Assembly (NCBI GenBank): GCA_900318645.1
Contig: ONLH01000014.1
Location: forward strand, 17,064-81,063
Source: an uncultured Prevotellaceae bacterium
Lineage (GTDB): Bacteria; Bacteroidota; Bacteroidia; Bacteroidales; Muribaculaceae
Direction of reading: 5' to 3'
DNA: 64,000 nucleotides
Below are positions 51,201-58,927 of the stretch, piece by piece (position 1 is the first letter of the stretch; each line of letters starts with the position of its first letter). A program made the position numbers and the translations under genes. The notes beneath the pieces were generated by a model. The model saw only the letters and a program-made list of their open reading frames with translations. It did no database searches and was not told where the DNA came from.

Positions 51201-52118
51201 GGTAAGTTGATTGGACAACGTCACGTTTGCCAAATTACCACAACTCATAAAGCAGAACTCACCCAGGGTGGTCACGCTATTGGGGATGACGATAGACGTT
51301 AGGGCCGTACACTGGTTAAATGCAGCATAATCAATCAATGTAACCGTGCTCGGAATGGTGACAGCATTAAGACTGGGAGATTGCCTGAAAGCCATGCGTC
51401 CCACTGCAGTCACCGTGTAGGTCTTGCCGGCATAAGTCACGGTTGACGGAATCGTGATATTGCCCGAGTAGTAGTTATAGTTCTGATCGCGATAAGTCAC
51501 CTCGACAGTATTGGCGCCCGTGACATTATAGTAGATGCCGTCCACCATGAACTTGGACGTTTCTTTAATCTTGCTGAAATTGGACCATGGTGTGGTACCC
51601 TGATAACTGCTCTTTGATCCCAAGGGGACATTCAGTGTCGCGAGGGAATAGGTAGAGGCATCAAAGTTGTTGACGTTGGTTGAGCGAGCCGTCGTCCACA
51701 GGCAGTTTACGGTTTCAAGCGAGGAGCACCCCTTGAAAATGTTCTGATACATGGTCACCACCGAACTCGGAATGGTGATGCTGGTCAGTGACGTGCAGTT
51801 CATGAAGGCTTCATTCATGATATACTCGATATTCTCAGGCAACCTGATGCTGGTAAGGCCGGTGCAGTCCTTGAAAGCCTGGTAGCCAATACTAGTGACG
51901 GTATAGGTATCACCATTGTAGGCCACCGTTGGCGGGACCACAATATCCCCGCTATAGGAATTAAAATTGCCGTTGTTTTGTACCGTGACTGAGGTCTGAT
52001 TACTGTTAATCGTGTAATAAATGCCATTCCTCACGAAGTCATAGGCACTGGCCGGCATTGCCAGTGCGAGACACGCCATGATGGTGGCCAATGTCTTGAA
52101 AAGTAAAATCCGTTTCAT
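48231..52118 (-). CDS. Large secreted BspA-type LRR_5 protein with dockerin and SusE/F-like C-terminal domain
   Basis: ATG 52118 MKRILLFK; many IPxSVTxIGxxAFxxC repeats; duplicated GDVNDDGKVNISDVTALINYLLSG; C-terminal IKFAADNNWDFNWG...YDVYFNDITG. Confidence 0.87.
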   Translation of the reverse strand: MKRILLFKTLATIMACLALAMPASAYDFVRNGIYYTINSNQTSVTVQNNGNFNSYSGDIVVPPTVAYNGDTYTVTSIGYQAFKDCTGLTSIRLPENIEYIMNEAFMNCTSLTSITIPSSVVTMYQNIFKGCSSLETVNCLWTTARSTNVNNFDASTYSLATLNVPLGSKSSYQGTTPWSNFSKIKETSKFMVDGIYYNVTGANTVEVTYRDQNYNYYSGNITIPSTVTYAGKTYTVTAVGRMAFRQSPSLNAVTIPSTVTLIDYAAFNQCTALTSIVIPNSVTTLGEFCFMSCGNLANVTLSNQLTSIPRQCFTYCTALTSITIPGSAKEISYFSFYGCESLQSVTIQEGVEAIRNNAFENCSALESIMIPASVTTIELGILADCTSLTAINVNSANTHYCSLDGVLYSAAMDTLLQYPSNKSGSFYQIPAGVKIIMPRAFISCLQLESVTLPEGVTTIGSWAFASCDQLTTFTIPASVNDIGNNFLCYCASLVRIDVADGNQNYMSDDGVLYTSGGKLLLQYPCGRPDKHYSVLNSADSICYNAFSNSFLLKSVYIPGSVKVIDEQTFMYSGLERLVIDEGLERIETNAFASCDNLNSIYLPSTLNYIAALAFQMDFELKEITFAGATPPQLGGNAFYGVGANLDATDIFVPGNAVGTYQSMNWNSQVFQYNVSQISPLSSGNTFTVDSLTFTVLNSNPNVKLSGITSNDLVDPGISPKVAYLGQLYTVTEMQDHIFAHINKMIRAEVPFTVQLIDDYSFYNCANLEKLILRDGVKQIKGYAFSHINKLTSVDIPASVDSIRNDAFCYDPALQAINVSSANPKYCSVDGILFSKDKKRLVAFADGHSTIYTVPDGTQVVDYEAFRGATALTAVFMPKSLRRIEHSAFLDCSSLTEVAVPHGVTTIGNSAFNGCTSLSLVDLPATLTELGYNAFYNVPTLSTLNVKATTPPTCLTHIDSHTSQYYEPFIPAHYSNVWLNVPNGCAAAYRQANVWKKFNHITETIFPVEFTRGDVNDDGKVNISDVTALINYLLSGNAAVVNVNAADANEDGKVNISDVTALINYLLSGNWPEPVPMDMWYLMGSSIGSTPWMNSESSIGRGLIPLYPLGEFNSQGRGVLTYTGYFGGTDAFFLVHTPGRWDDGWTVDNNGNYVRGALNVGNSAITMENSGYYTITLDTRTDEFSITPYDGSSAGVYQSIIIVGPHCYWDVTIQDYNMEDLNPEKENHDWFFRDFIVTADEEIKFAADNNWDFNWGTNQFPWGRSVQNGMNVPVKEGIYDVYFNDITGDYNFIRKN

Positions 52119-52301
52119 AAGCAAATCTATTCTTGTGATTGTTTTTATAGCGCAAATATAACCAGAAACCACCAATCAGACAAACAAAATGCAGACAAAT
52201 GACATTTCTTTGAAAAAACTGTAACTTTTTCTGTTAAATTTTTGTGAATTTCATATTTTTCACTAATTTTGTCATTTGTTTAACACTGATACTTTTCTGT
52301 T

Positions 52302-52535
52302 ATGAGCGAAGGGCAAGAGGGTAAACAGGGTTTCTGGTCGCGGGCGTTCCATCTGTATTACGATGGATTCCGCAGCATGACCGTGGGCAAGACGCTGTGG
52401 CTCATCATCGGCATCAAGCTGTTTATCTTCTTTGTCATCATCAAGTTGCTGTTTTTCCCGAACTTCCTGAACACCAAGTGTGATACCGAGGAAGAAAAGA
52501 CCGAATATGTTCGCCATCAGCTGACCGACCGATGA
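52302..52535 (+). CDS. DUF4492 small membrane protein
   Basis: FHLYYDGFRSMTVGKTLWLIIGIKLFIFF...KLLFFPNFL; normally precedes cydAB in Bacteroidales. Confidence 0.88.
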   Translation: MSEGQEGKQGFWSRAFHLYYDGFRSMTVGKTLWLIIGIKLFIFFVIIKLLFFPNFLNTKCDTEEEKTEYVRHQLTDR

Positions 52536-52603
52536 CCATCGGCCCCGCTAAGGCGACTCCCTGCCAATCAACTATAAACTTTAAACTTTAAACGATCATA
52601 TTT

Positions 52604-54181
52604 ATGGAAGAATTAATCAATGTTGTTGACTGGTCGCGAGCGCAATTTGCACTCACGGCTATCTACCATTGGCTGTTCGTGCCGTTGACGCTGGGTCTGG
52701 GCATCATTGTCGCAGTGATGGAGACCATCTCACTGAAGACCAAGAGCGAGAAATGGCTGGCGACAACCAAATTCTGGATGACGATTTTCGGCGTGAACTT
52801 TGCCATCGGTGTCGCTACAGGTATTATCCTGGAGTTTGAGTTCGGCACCAACTGGTCCAACTACAGCTGGTTTGTGGGCGATATCTTCGGTGCCCCGCTG
52901 GCGGTGGAGGGTATCCTTGCCTTCTTCATGGAATCGACGTTCATCGCCGTGATGTTCTTCGGCTGGAAGAAGGTGAGCCCCAAGTTCCACCTGGCCGCAA
53001 CGTGGCTCACTGCCATCGGTGCCAGCCTGTCGGCGCTGTGGATTCTTGTGGCCAACGCGTGGATGCAGTATCCCACAGGCTGCGAGTTCAACCCCGCCAC
53101 GATGCGCAACGAGATGACGAGCTTTGCTGCTGTAGCACTCTCGCCCATGGCGATGAGCAAGTTTTTCCACACGGTGCTGAGTGCCTGGGCACTGGGCGGT
53201 GTGTTCGTCTGTGGCGTGTGTGGCTGGATGATGCTCAAGAAGCGCAACTATGAGCACTGCCAGCGCAGTCTCAAGGTGGGCGCTTGGGTAGGTGTCATCG
53301 GCATCGTGCTGACGATGATCACTGGCGACACGAGCGCCGTGACCGTTGCCAAGTACCAACCCATGAAACTCGCTGCTATGGAAGGTCTGTACAAGGGCAA
53401 CCATGAGCAGGCGATTGTGGCCTTCGGTATTCTGAACCCATCAAAGCAGGCCTTCGATGACAAGGATCCCTACCTGTTCGACATCAGCATCCCCTATGGC
53501 CTGTCGTTCCTCGCCACCCATGATTTCAAGGCTTTTGTGCCGGGCATCGAGGACATCATCAATGGCGTGACCTATGACAACGAGGGCAATGAGGTGAACA
53601 CCGTATCCTATGCCGAACGCATGGAGCGCGGCAAGCAGCTTCAGGAAATGCTCTCGCAGTACAGCACAGCGATGAACAGTGGCAACACGGTTGTTCAAGA
53701 CAGTCTCAAGAGCGCCATCAATGCCGATTTCAAGCACTTCGGCTATGCCTATCTGGACAAGCCCGAGGAGGCCATTCCTAACGTGCCCATGACGTTCTAC
53801 ACTTTCCACTTCATGGTGACCGTAGGCGGCTATCTGATGTTGTTCCTGTTACTGGCCCTGCTGTTTGCCTATAAACCTCAGATTCTCAACAAGGCCAAGT
53901 GGAGCAAGTGGTGGTACATTCTGGCTATCATCACCATACCGCTGACCTACCTGTGCAGCGCCAGCGGATGGATTGTTGCCGAGGTGGGACGCCAGCCGTG
54001 GACCATCCAGGACCTGATGCCCAACAAGGTGGCCATCAGTGACCTGAGTGCAGGCTATGTGCAAGTGACCTTCTGGATCTTTGCCGTGGTATTTACTGCC
54101 CTGCTGATTGCCGACATTGGCATCATCTGCAAGCAGATTTCCAAGAAGTCGCAGACCGATTTAGACACCGTTAACGATTAA
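52604..54181 (+). CDS. cydA: Cytochrome bd ubiquinol oxidase subunit I
   Basis: RAQFALTAIYHWLFVPLTLG, EFEFGTNWS, QPMKLAAMEG, GWIVAEVGRQPW. Confidence 0.97.
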   Translation: MEELINVVDWSRAQFALTAIYHWLFVPLTLGLGIIVAVMETISLKTKSEKWLATTKFWMTIFGVNFAIGVATGIILEFEFGTNWSNYSWFVGDIFGAPLAVEGILAFFMESTFIAVMFFGWKKVSPKFHLAATWLTAIGASLSALWILVANAWMQYPTGCEFNPATMRNEMTSFAAVALSPMAMSKFFHTVLSAWALGGVFVCGVCGWMMLKKRNYEHCQRSLKVGAWVGVIGIVLTMITGDTSAVTVAKYQPMKLAAMEGLYKGNHEQAIVAFGILNPSKQAFDDKDPYLFDISIPYGLSFLATHDFKAFVPGIEDIINGVTYDNEGNEVNTVSYAERMERGKQLQEMLSQYSTAMNSGNTVVQDSLKSAINADFKHFGYAYLDKPEEAIPNVPMTFYTFHFMVTVGGYLMLFLLLALLFAYKPQILNKAKWSKWWYILAIITIPLTYLCSASGWIVAEVGRQPWTIQDLMPNKVAISDLSAGYVQVTFWIFAVVFTALLIADIGIICKQISKKSQTDLDTVND

Positions 54182-54201
54182 TTGAAAGGAGGAACCAAGT
54201 C

Positions 54202-55341
54202 ATGACTACTTATAATCTTTTACAGAATTACTGGTGGCTCATCATGTCGGTGCTCGGTGCACTGCTGGTGTTCCTGCTCATGGTACAGGGTGGCCAGTCG
54301 ATGCTCATCCATTACACAAAGCCCGACAAGCGCGCGCTGCTCATTAACTCGATGGGCCGCAAGTGGGAGTTGACCTATACCACATTGGTGACCTTCGGCG
54401 GTGCCTTCTTCGCGTCGTTCCCGTTATTCTACAGCACCAGCTTCGGCGGTGCCTACTGGCTGTGGATGCTCATCCTGTTCAGCTTTGTCATCCAGGCGAT
54501 TAGCTACGAATATCGTTCCAAGCCCGGTAACATCTACGGCTCACGTTTCTACGACACACTGTTGTTAATCAACGGCATCTTGGGTCCGGTCCTGCTGGGT
54601 GTGGCTGTAGCAACGATGTTCTTCGGAGCCGAATTCACGGTGACCAAGAGCAACATCCTCAACGTGCAAGGCTCCTCCATCTCGCAGTGGGGGGCCAAAC
54701 ACGGCATCGAGGCCATCTTCTACTGGAAGAATCTGCTCTTCGGCGTGATGGTGTTCTTCCTGGCACGCACCCTGGCGTCGCTCTACTTCATCAACAATAT
54801 CGACGATGAGGAGGTCAATGCCAGCCAGCGACATCTGCTGCTGGTCAATTCTGTCGTCTTCGTTTTACTGTTCGTGGCAGTAGTGGTTGTCATTCTCACT
54901 TCACCGGGAGTGGGCTATGATGACGGAGGTAATGCCCAATGGGTGGCCTACAAGTACCTGCACAACTTCTTGACGATGTGGTGGGCACTGATTATCCTGC
55001 TGCTGGGCGTGGTCATGGTGCTGTTCGGCATCGGCAAGTCACTGATGAAGGGCGACTACAAGCAGGGCATCTGGCCCGCAGGCATCGGCACCGTGCTGGT
55101 GGTGATGACGCTGTTCTGGGTCATGGGCTACAACAACACGGCCTACCTGCCCTCGCTGCTTGACGTTCAGAGTTCGTTGACGCTGCGCAACAGCTCGTCG
55201 AGCGAGTTCACCCTCACCGTGATGAGCGTGGTGTCAATCCTTGTGCCCTTCGTGCTGGCCTATATCGCCTACTGCTGGTACAAGATGGATCGCCGCAAAC
55301 TCACCACCGACGAACTCAACGACACCGACCATAAGTACTAA
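54202..55341 (+). CDS. cydB: Cytochrome bd ubiquinol oxidase subunit II
   Basis: GRKWELTYTTLVTFGGAFFASFPLFY, SSSEFTL. Confidence 0.95.
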   Translation: MTTYNLLQNYWWLIMSVLGALLVFLLMVQGGQSMLIHYTKPDKRALLINSMGRKWELTYTTLVTFGGAFFASFPLFYSTSFGGAYWLWMLILFSFVIQAISYEYRSKPGNIYGSRFYDTLLLINGILGPVLLGVAVATMFFGAEFTVTKSNILNVQGSSISQWGAKHGIEAIFYWKNLLFGVMVFFLARTLASLYFINNIDDEEVNASQRHLLLVNSVVFVLLFVAVVVVILTSPGVGYDDGGNAQWVAYKYLHNFLTMWWALIILLLGVVMVLFGIGKSLMKGDYKQGIWPAGIGTVLVVMTLFWVMGYNNTAYLPSLLDVQSSLTLRNSSSSEFTLTVMSVVSILVPFVLAYIAYCWYKMDRRKLTTDELNDTDHKY

Positions 55342-55361
55342 AGCAAACTCCAAAACAACTC

Positions 55362-55398
55362 AGCAACGCGAAGCCTATTATTCGGCCTCGCGTTGTTG
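55362..55398 (+). terminator. cydAB terminator-like hairpin
   Basis: caacgcga-agcctattattcggcc-tcgcgttg followed by ttgtt. Confidence 0.6.
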
Positions 55399-55485
55399 TT
55401 ATCTCATAGTATAAAGCCGAGTCAGCAATATCGACGATTCCTGTGACGACTGCATGGGTTTTAAGGTGTTTTTTTACAATAAACA

Positions 55486-56904
55486 TCAATCTTGATATAA
55501 GTCATCCATTGTCACCACACTTTGGATCTCCTTGCACTGAGCATTCTCCTTAATGCCAAATGGTGATACCATGGTCAAATGTAAAGCCTTGGTAGTTTTG
55601 GTAGCCCTCCTGAAAAGAGTCCGTCTTTCTTCCATTTTATCCAGATAAGATTTCGTCACGCTGAATGGTTTTTCGCTATATTTCATCTCACAGAGGTTAA
55701 TAATCCTATCTTTACGCTCAATGACCAAATCAAGTTGAGCACCTACAACCTGCCATGAACCGACATTACTTAAAATGCCTCCAATACCCAACTTGCGCTT
55801 AATCTGTTCAATATGACGCAAACACACTTGTTCAAAAGCATAGCCACTCCACGCATTGTGGGATCCATCATTGAGCATGTGGCTCCAACGATGAGAATCC
55901 TGAGAGTGGTCATTTTTCACATACCGAATATAGAACAGACAATAATGGTCAATCAGTTGATACATGATATCACGTTCCTTTTTACCTACGGCGTTATACC
56001 GTCGCAAAAAATCACATTTGCACAAATTCTCCAAAATCACCGTCAGATTCCCGTTATCCTCTATCTTTAACGCTGAGATGATTTCCTGTTTGGTCATTCC
56101 CTTGACTTTTGTCGCTAACAACTCTATAATCCGTCGATATTTTGGCGAATCATTGAACAGGGATCTGAAAAGGAAATCATACTCATCACGCAGGGGGGCT
56201 GTATCAGCGAAAAACAAATCATCGACATTCTGGGCAATGCTATATTGCGGGCGCAACATGCTCAAATAGTATGGGGTGCCTCCTAAAATCATATATCCAT
56301 CCAGCATCTGTAAGCGATCATATTGGAACCCTCTACTAATCAGATATTTTTCTGTTTCGGCCAAGGTGAAAGAACTCAGTCGGATGGGACGAGTCACACG
56401 ATTATGAAGTCCACCTTTATCCCCAAGCAATTTGTTGGTCATCCAGGTTGTAGCCGAGCCACATACGATGAATTTCATATTGTTTATACCACTAGCCCAC
56501 CCATTCCAAAAGAGTTCCAGTGCACGAAGAAACTTGCTGCGTGGCGTATCCATCCAAGGCAGTTCATCCATGAAAACGACAATTCGATTTTGGCCTTGCA
56601 GCCTTTCCAAATAATGTTGCAATTGAGCAAAAGCATCAAACCAGCTATCAACCACCGGGTAATAGGCTCCAGAATATTTATTGAGTTGACGGTTAAAATT
56701 CATCAACTGTTCCCGTTTGCTCTTGTCATAGATTCCGGTCAAATAAAAGTCAAACTGATCATCAAAAAATTGTTTGACAAGAAAGGTCTTACCGATACGC
56801 CTTCTTCCATAAATAGCTATAAATTCAGATTGACTTGATGCCATATATTCACCAAGTAACTCCTGCTCCTTTACACGTCCAATAATGTTCTCCTTAGCCA
56901 TCAA
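55486..56904 (-). CDS. AAA-type ATPase with PD-(D/E)XK-like C-terminus, paralog of 8559..9998
   Basis: IIGRVKEQ, IYGRRRIGKT, VFMDELPWMDTPRS, HGGL/DKGGLHNRVT block, QLDLVIER..IINLCEMK. Confidence 0.86.
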   Translation of the reverse strand: MMAKENIIGRVKEQELLGEYMASSQSEFIAIYGRRRIGKTFLVKQFFDDQFDFYLTGIYDKSKREQLMNFNRQLNKYSGAYYPVVDSWFDAFAQLQHYLERLQGQNRIVVFMDELPWMDTPRSKFLRALELFWNGWASGINNMKFIVCGSATTWMTNKLLGDKGGLHNRVTRPIRLSSFTLAETEKYLISRGFQYDRLQMLDGYMILGGTPYYLSMLRPQYSIAQNVDDLFFADTAPLRDEYDFLFRSLFNDSPKYRRIIELLATKVKGMTKQEIISALKIEDNGNLTVILENLCKCDFLRRYNAVGKKERDIMYQLIDHYCLFYIRYVKNDHSQDSHRWSHMLNDGSHNAWSGYAFEQVCLRHIEQIKRKLGIGGILSNVGSWQVVGAQLDLVIERKDRIINLCEMKYSEKPFSVTKSYLDKMEERRTLFRRATKTTKALHLTMVSPFGIKENAQCKEIQSVVTMDDLYQD

Positions 56905-56938
56905 TTACTTTATTTGAATGATTTTGACTGCAAAAATA

Positions 56939-57002
56939 GCAAAAAAAACGAGTTATCGCCGCCTAAAAATAAAAAATAGTCGGCGATAACCCTATTTTTT
57001 GC
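56939..57002. promoter_or_regulatory. Imperfect inverted repeat beside the ATPase promoter
   Basis: gttatcgccg-N19-cggcgataac core with A/T-tract extensions; minus-strand TATTTTTG -7 element immediately adjacent. Confidence 0.65.
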
Positions 57003-57096
57003 GTTTTTTAGCCAAGAATAGTCACGGAGTCCAGCAATGGTTTGGTGGCATGATAGCGTTTTTGTAACTTTGCAGCCTAAAAATCGACACAACATC

Positions 57097-58173
57097 ATGA
57101 AAGTAAAGGTTAACGATATCGTACGCTTCCTCAATGACGTGGGAGGCGGCAGAGTGACAAGAATCGACGGCAAGAATGTCTATGTGGAAGACGAGGACGG
57201 CTTTGAGCGCCCCGCGCTGGAACGCGACCTGGTCGTTGTGGGCCAAGCAGGCACCAAGGCGTCGACCTATGAACGGCCGCTCGACATCCGCACCCGTCAA
57301 GTGGAGCCCGATAAGCCTGCTCCCAGACCTAAAGTGGAGCCCGAGGTAACCCTGCCCATCGAGGAGACCCCCGAGGGCGAGGTGCTGAACGTCGTGCTGG
57401 GCTATGAGGCCCGCGAGATTAAGCACTTGAACACCACCACATTCTATGCCTCGCTGGTCAATGACTCGAACTATTTCCTGTATTTCACCTATATGACGCG
57501 TGGCGACGGTGAGGGCGAGTGGAATACGCGCTACCACGGCATCGTCGAGCCCAACATCCAGGTGCAACTCGAGGAGTTCGGGCATGACGACCTCAATGAC
57601 ATGACGCACATCGCCGTGCAGTATGTCGCTTTCAAGCAGGGCAAGGGCTTTAAGCTGAAGAATCCCGCCCTCGTTGAGCAACGCCTCGACGTGACCAAGT
57701 TCTACAAGGTGCATTGCTTCCACGAGAACCCCTACTTTGACGTGCCCGTCATCGCTGTGGAAATCGTCACCAACGACCGTCCCTCCCGTATGATGCGCAT
57801 CGACAGCGGCGAACTGGAGCGTGCCATGAAGGAAAAGAAGCGCCTAGATCGTCCGCAACGCAAACCGGTACAAAAGAAAACCGACGCTAATGGCATCATC
57901 GTTCAGGACTTGCACATCACCTCGCTACTGGATAACCTGAACGGCATGACACCAGGTGCCATCCTTGAGTATCAGATGGATAAGTTCCGTGAAGTGATGG
58001 ATGCCAACCTGAGCAAACACGGCCAGCGCATCGTCTTCATCCACGGCAAGGGAGAGGGCAAACTGCGCCAGCACTTGCTGAGCGAACTCAAGCGCCGCTA
58101 CCCCCGTTGCACCGCCCAGGACGCCAGCTTCCGCGAGTACGGCTTCGGCGCCACCCAGGTCACCATCCACTGA
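57097..58173 (+). CDS. DUF2027 + Smr domain protein
   Basis: MKVKVNDIVRFLNDVGGG (ATG 57097); C-terminal DLH...IVFIHGKGEGKLR...DASFREYGFGAT. Confidence 0.9.
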   Translation: MKVKVNDIVRFLNDVGGGRVTRIDGKNVYVEDEDGFERPALERDLVVVGQAGTKASTYERPLDIRTRQVEPDKPAPRPKVEPEVTLPIEETPEGEVLNVVLGYEAREIKHLNTTTFYASLVNDSNYFLYFTYMTRGDGEGEWNTRYHGIVEPNIQVQLEEFGHDDLNDMTHIAVQYVAFKQGKGFKLKNPALVEQRLDVTKFYKVHCFHENPYFDVPVIAVEIVTNDRPSRMMRIDSGELERAMKEKKRLDRPQRKPVQKKTDANGIIVQDLHITSLLDNLNGMTPGAILEYQMDKFREVMDANLSKHGQRIVFIHGKGEGKLRQHLLSELKRRYPRCTAQDASFREYGFGATQVTIH

Positions 58174-58209
58174 CCCCACTTAACGACAAGCCCATACTAA
58201 AAGGAAAAC

Positions 58210-58268
58210 AATAAGTACAATAAATACAATCTTCTCAATTTCAGAACTTTGTATTTATTGTACTTATT
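58210..58268. terminator. AT-rich 19-bp perfect inverted repeat between convergent genes
   Basis: aataagtacaataaataca / tgtatttattgtacttatt. Confidence 0.6.
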
Positions 58269-58360
58269 GTTTTACCTTTCACCGATTGACTCTCATCCCC
58301 AAAATCGTTTTCTATATCAAACGATTTTTGCAAGATTTTGTTTTGAGCACAAAACAAACA

Positions 58361-58711
58361 TTACCAACTGCCGTTGAGCAGGAAGTTGATAGTAGCGGTC
58401 ACATCTTCAATAGCAATGCGTCCGCTCCCATCCACGTCAGCATTTGCGGTACTGAATGGTGTGACACTTCCACTCAACAAGCTCGCTGATGACCTTCACT
58501 CGCCTTGGGCCATAGCACTGGCAACGTTGGCGACACCATCTTTACCACGGGCTACGATGCAAGGATTATCAACAATATCAATATAGAGTAATTCTTCACC
58601 TTCGCCCTCGGTGCAAATAGAAACCTCATATTTGCCAATTTCATAAGAAATCACAGGAGGTTCAGTAACATCAAGTGCCCATACCAAGCTGCTTGATAAC
58701 AGCAACATCAA
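58361..58711 (-). pseudogene. Degraded Ig-like + dockerin secreted-protein gene
   Basis: Frame TEPPVISYE...LLYID..NPC..RG interrupted by TGA at 58496-58498, then resumes in frame with half a dockerin, ADVDGSGRIAIEDVTATINFLLNGSW. Confidence 0.65.
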
Positions 58712-58748
58712 TAACTATTTAATCATAACAGTATATTTAAATAATTAA

Positions 58749-58845
58749 GTGAGTTCAAGGAATACATCTACTGGAAATCAGGTCACCTGCAACTCTTTCA
58801 CAAGGTGAGGCATAACAACCAGTAATATATATTCCTTGAACTCAC
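58749..58845. repeat. 97-bp palindromic element with ends related to the 38.6-kb MITE-like element
   Basis: gtgagttcaaggaata (58749-58764) / tattccttgaactcac (58830-58845). Confidence 0.75.
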
Positions 58846-58927
58846 GTTTTTATAGCAGATTAATACAACATCGCATTACCTAAAAGGTAATCCTTTTATT
58901 GCAATGCCGTATCAAGGTGCTCTGTGG

